From Bacilli bacterium (GTDB lineage Bacteria; Bacillota_I; Bacilli_A; RF39; UBA660), in NCBI GenBank assembly GCA_028699175.1, contig JAQVVC010000001.1:1-53850 (forward strand): DNA of 53,850 bases, read 5' to 3'. Below the pieces are notes generated by a model. The model was not told where the DNA came from, searched no databases, and was given only the letters and a program-made list of their open reading frames with translations. The first letter of the stretch is position 1. The number at the start of each line of letters is the position of its first letter. Shown here piece after piece: positions 53,417-53,850 of the stretch. The translations under genes and the position numbers were made by a program.

Positions 53417-53850
53417 TTACTTATTATAAGTGTAATCAAATTTTCCTAATACTCCATCAATAGAAAAATTATATTTTACTGCTAATATATACAATTTATC
53501 TAATTTTATTTGAGTTTTCCCATTTTCATAGGCAGCATAGGATGACTGTTTAATCTTTAAATCTTCTGCTAAATTTTCTTGTGATAATCTATTATATCTT
53601 CTTATCTTTCTAATTTGTTTGCCTAAATCATCAAAATTAGCTGATAGAGGATTGATCATATATCTTTTATTATTAGTGATTCCAGTTAAATAATCTATAC
53701 TTAAATTATAATAGTCTGATAATTTTTCGATAATTGGAAGTGGAAAAGATACTATACCATTTTCCATAGCAGTATATATTCCTCTTTTTATTCCCAAAAT
53801 TTCAGATATTTCTTTTTGTGTTAAATCCAAGTCTTCTCTTGTAAATTTTA
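53417..53850 (-). CDS. second XRE-family regulator with two HTH domains (5' end probably outside the window)
   Basis: LTQKEISEILGIKRGIYTAMENG and IRKIRRYNRLSQENLAEDLKIKQSSYAAYENG. The frame stays open to the window edge (KFTREDLDLTQ...), so the track's TTG start is doubtful. Confidence 0.7.
   Translation of the reverse strand, partial: KFTREDLDLTQKEISEILGIKRGIYTAMENGIVSFPLPIIEKLSDYYNLSIDYLTGITNNKRYMINPLSANFDDLGKQIRKIRRYNRLSQENLAEDLKIKQSSYAAYENGKTQIKLDKLYILAVKYNFSIDGVLGKFDYTYNK

Noticed and set aside
1-53850. tRNA, rRNA, CRISPR arrays, integrase/recombinase genes
   Set aside because: I scanned both strands for GC-rich cloverleaf-sized islands, regular repeat-spacer patterns and recombinase-like ORFs and found none. 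In particular, the recombinase expected for the spoIVA-interrupting element is not within this window.

Overview
The window is a 53.85-kb chromosomal segment from a very AT-rich, endospore-forming Firmicute. I saw no rRNA, tRNA or CRISPR array. All calls come from reading motifs in the supplied translations and DNA by eye; nothing was aligned or searched. The backbone is ordinary cell-division, envelope and sporulation housekeeping: a T-box leader with dut-tyrS, a CotZ/CotY-like coat protein, murT-gatD, ftsA-ftsZ-spoIIGA-sigE-sigG, ylmC, lspA-rluD, a rhomboid protease, two SEDS proteins, spoVD/pbp-mraY-ftsW, sod, an SDR, murC, ftsK/spoIIIE, sufC-D-S-U, a T-box leader with serS, and spoVIF. Three accessory loci stand out. 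(1) 15731-23729 is a tightly coupled 7-gene operon. It joins a Tad/CpaF-type ATPase, two TadB/C-like platform proteins and a CpaB-like protein to a 1057-aa secreted cysteine-rich protein, with no recognisable pilin or prepilin peptidase. (2) 23786-29362 holds a stand-alone non-coding transcription unit followed by a self-contained 4-gene cassette. The cassette is built around a membrane-anchored, coiled-coil McrB-like AAA+ protein, a partner with no visible nuclease motif, and a membrane protein with extracellular Asp-rich Ca-binding-type repeats. (3) spoIVA stops after codon 122 (43973) and is replaced by at least 9.9 kb of foreign-looking DNA that runs off the window. That DNA carries an HhH-GPD protein, a GNAT, an IS with clear inverted repeats and an 8-bp target duplication, and a leader/attenuator. 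It also carries a candidate RiPP cluster: a GT2-M29 aminopeptidase fusion with a frameshifted tail, two paralogous radical-SAM/SPASM enzymes, a P-loop protein and an unannotated 40-aa Cys-free precursor ending in AHWSNGYN. Two double-HTH XRE regulators follow. I rank the interrupted spoIVA (a possible sporulation intervening element) with its twin-rSAM peptide cluster, and the membrane McrB-like cassette, as the best candidates for something undescribed.
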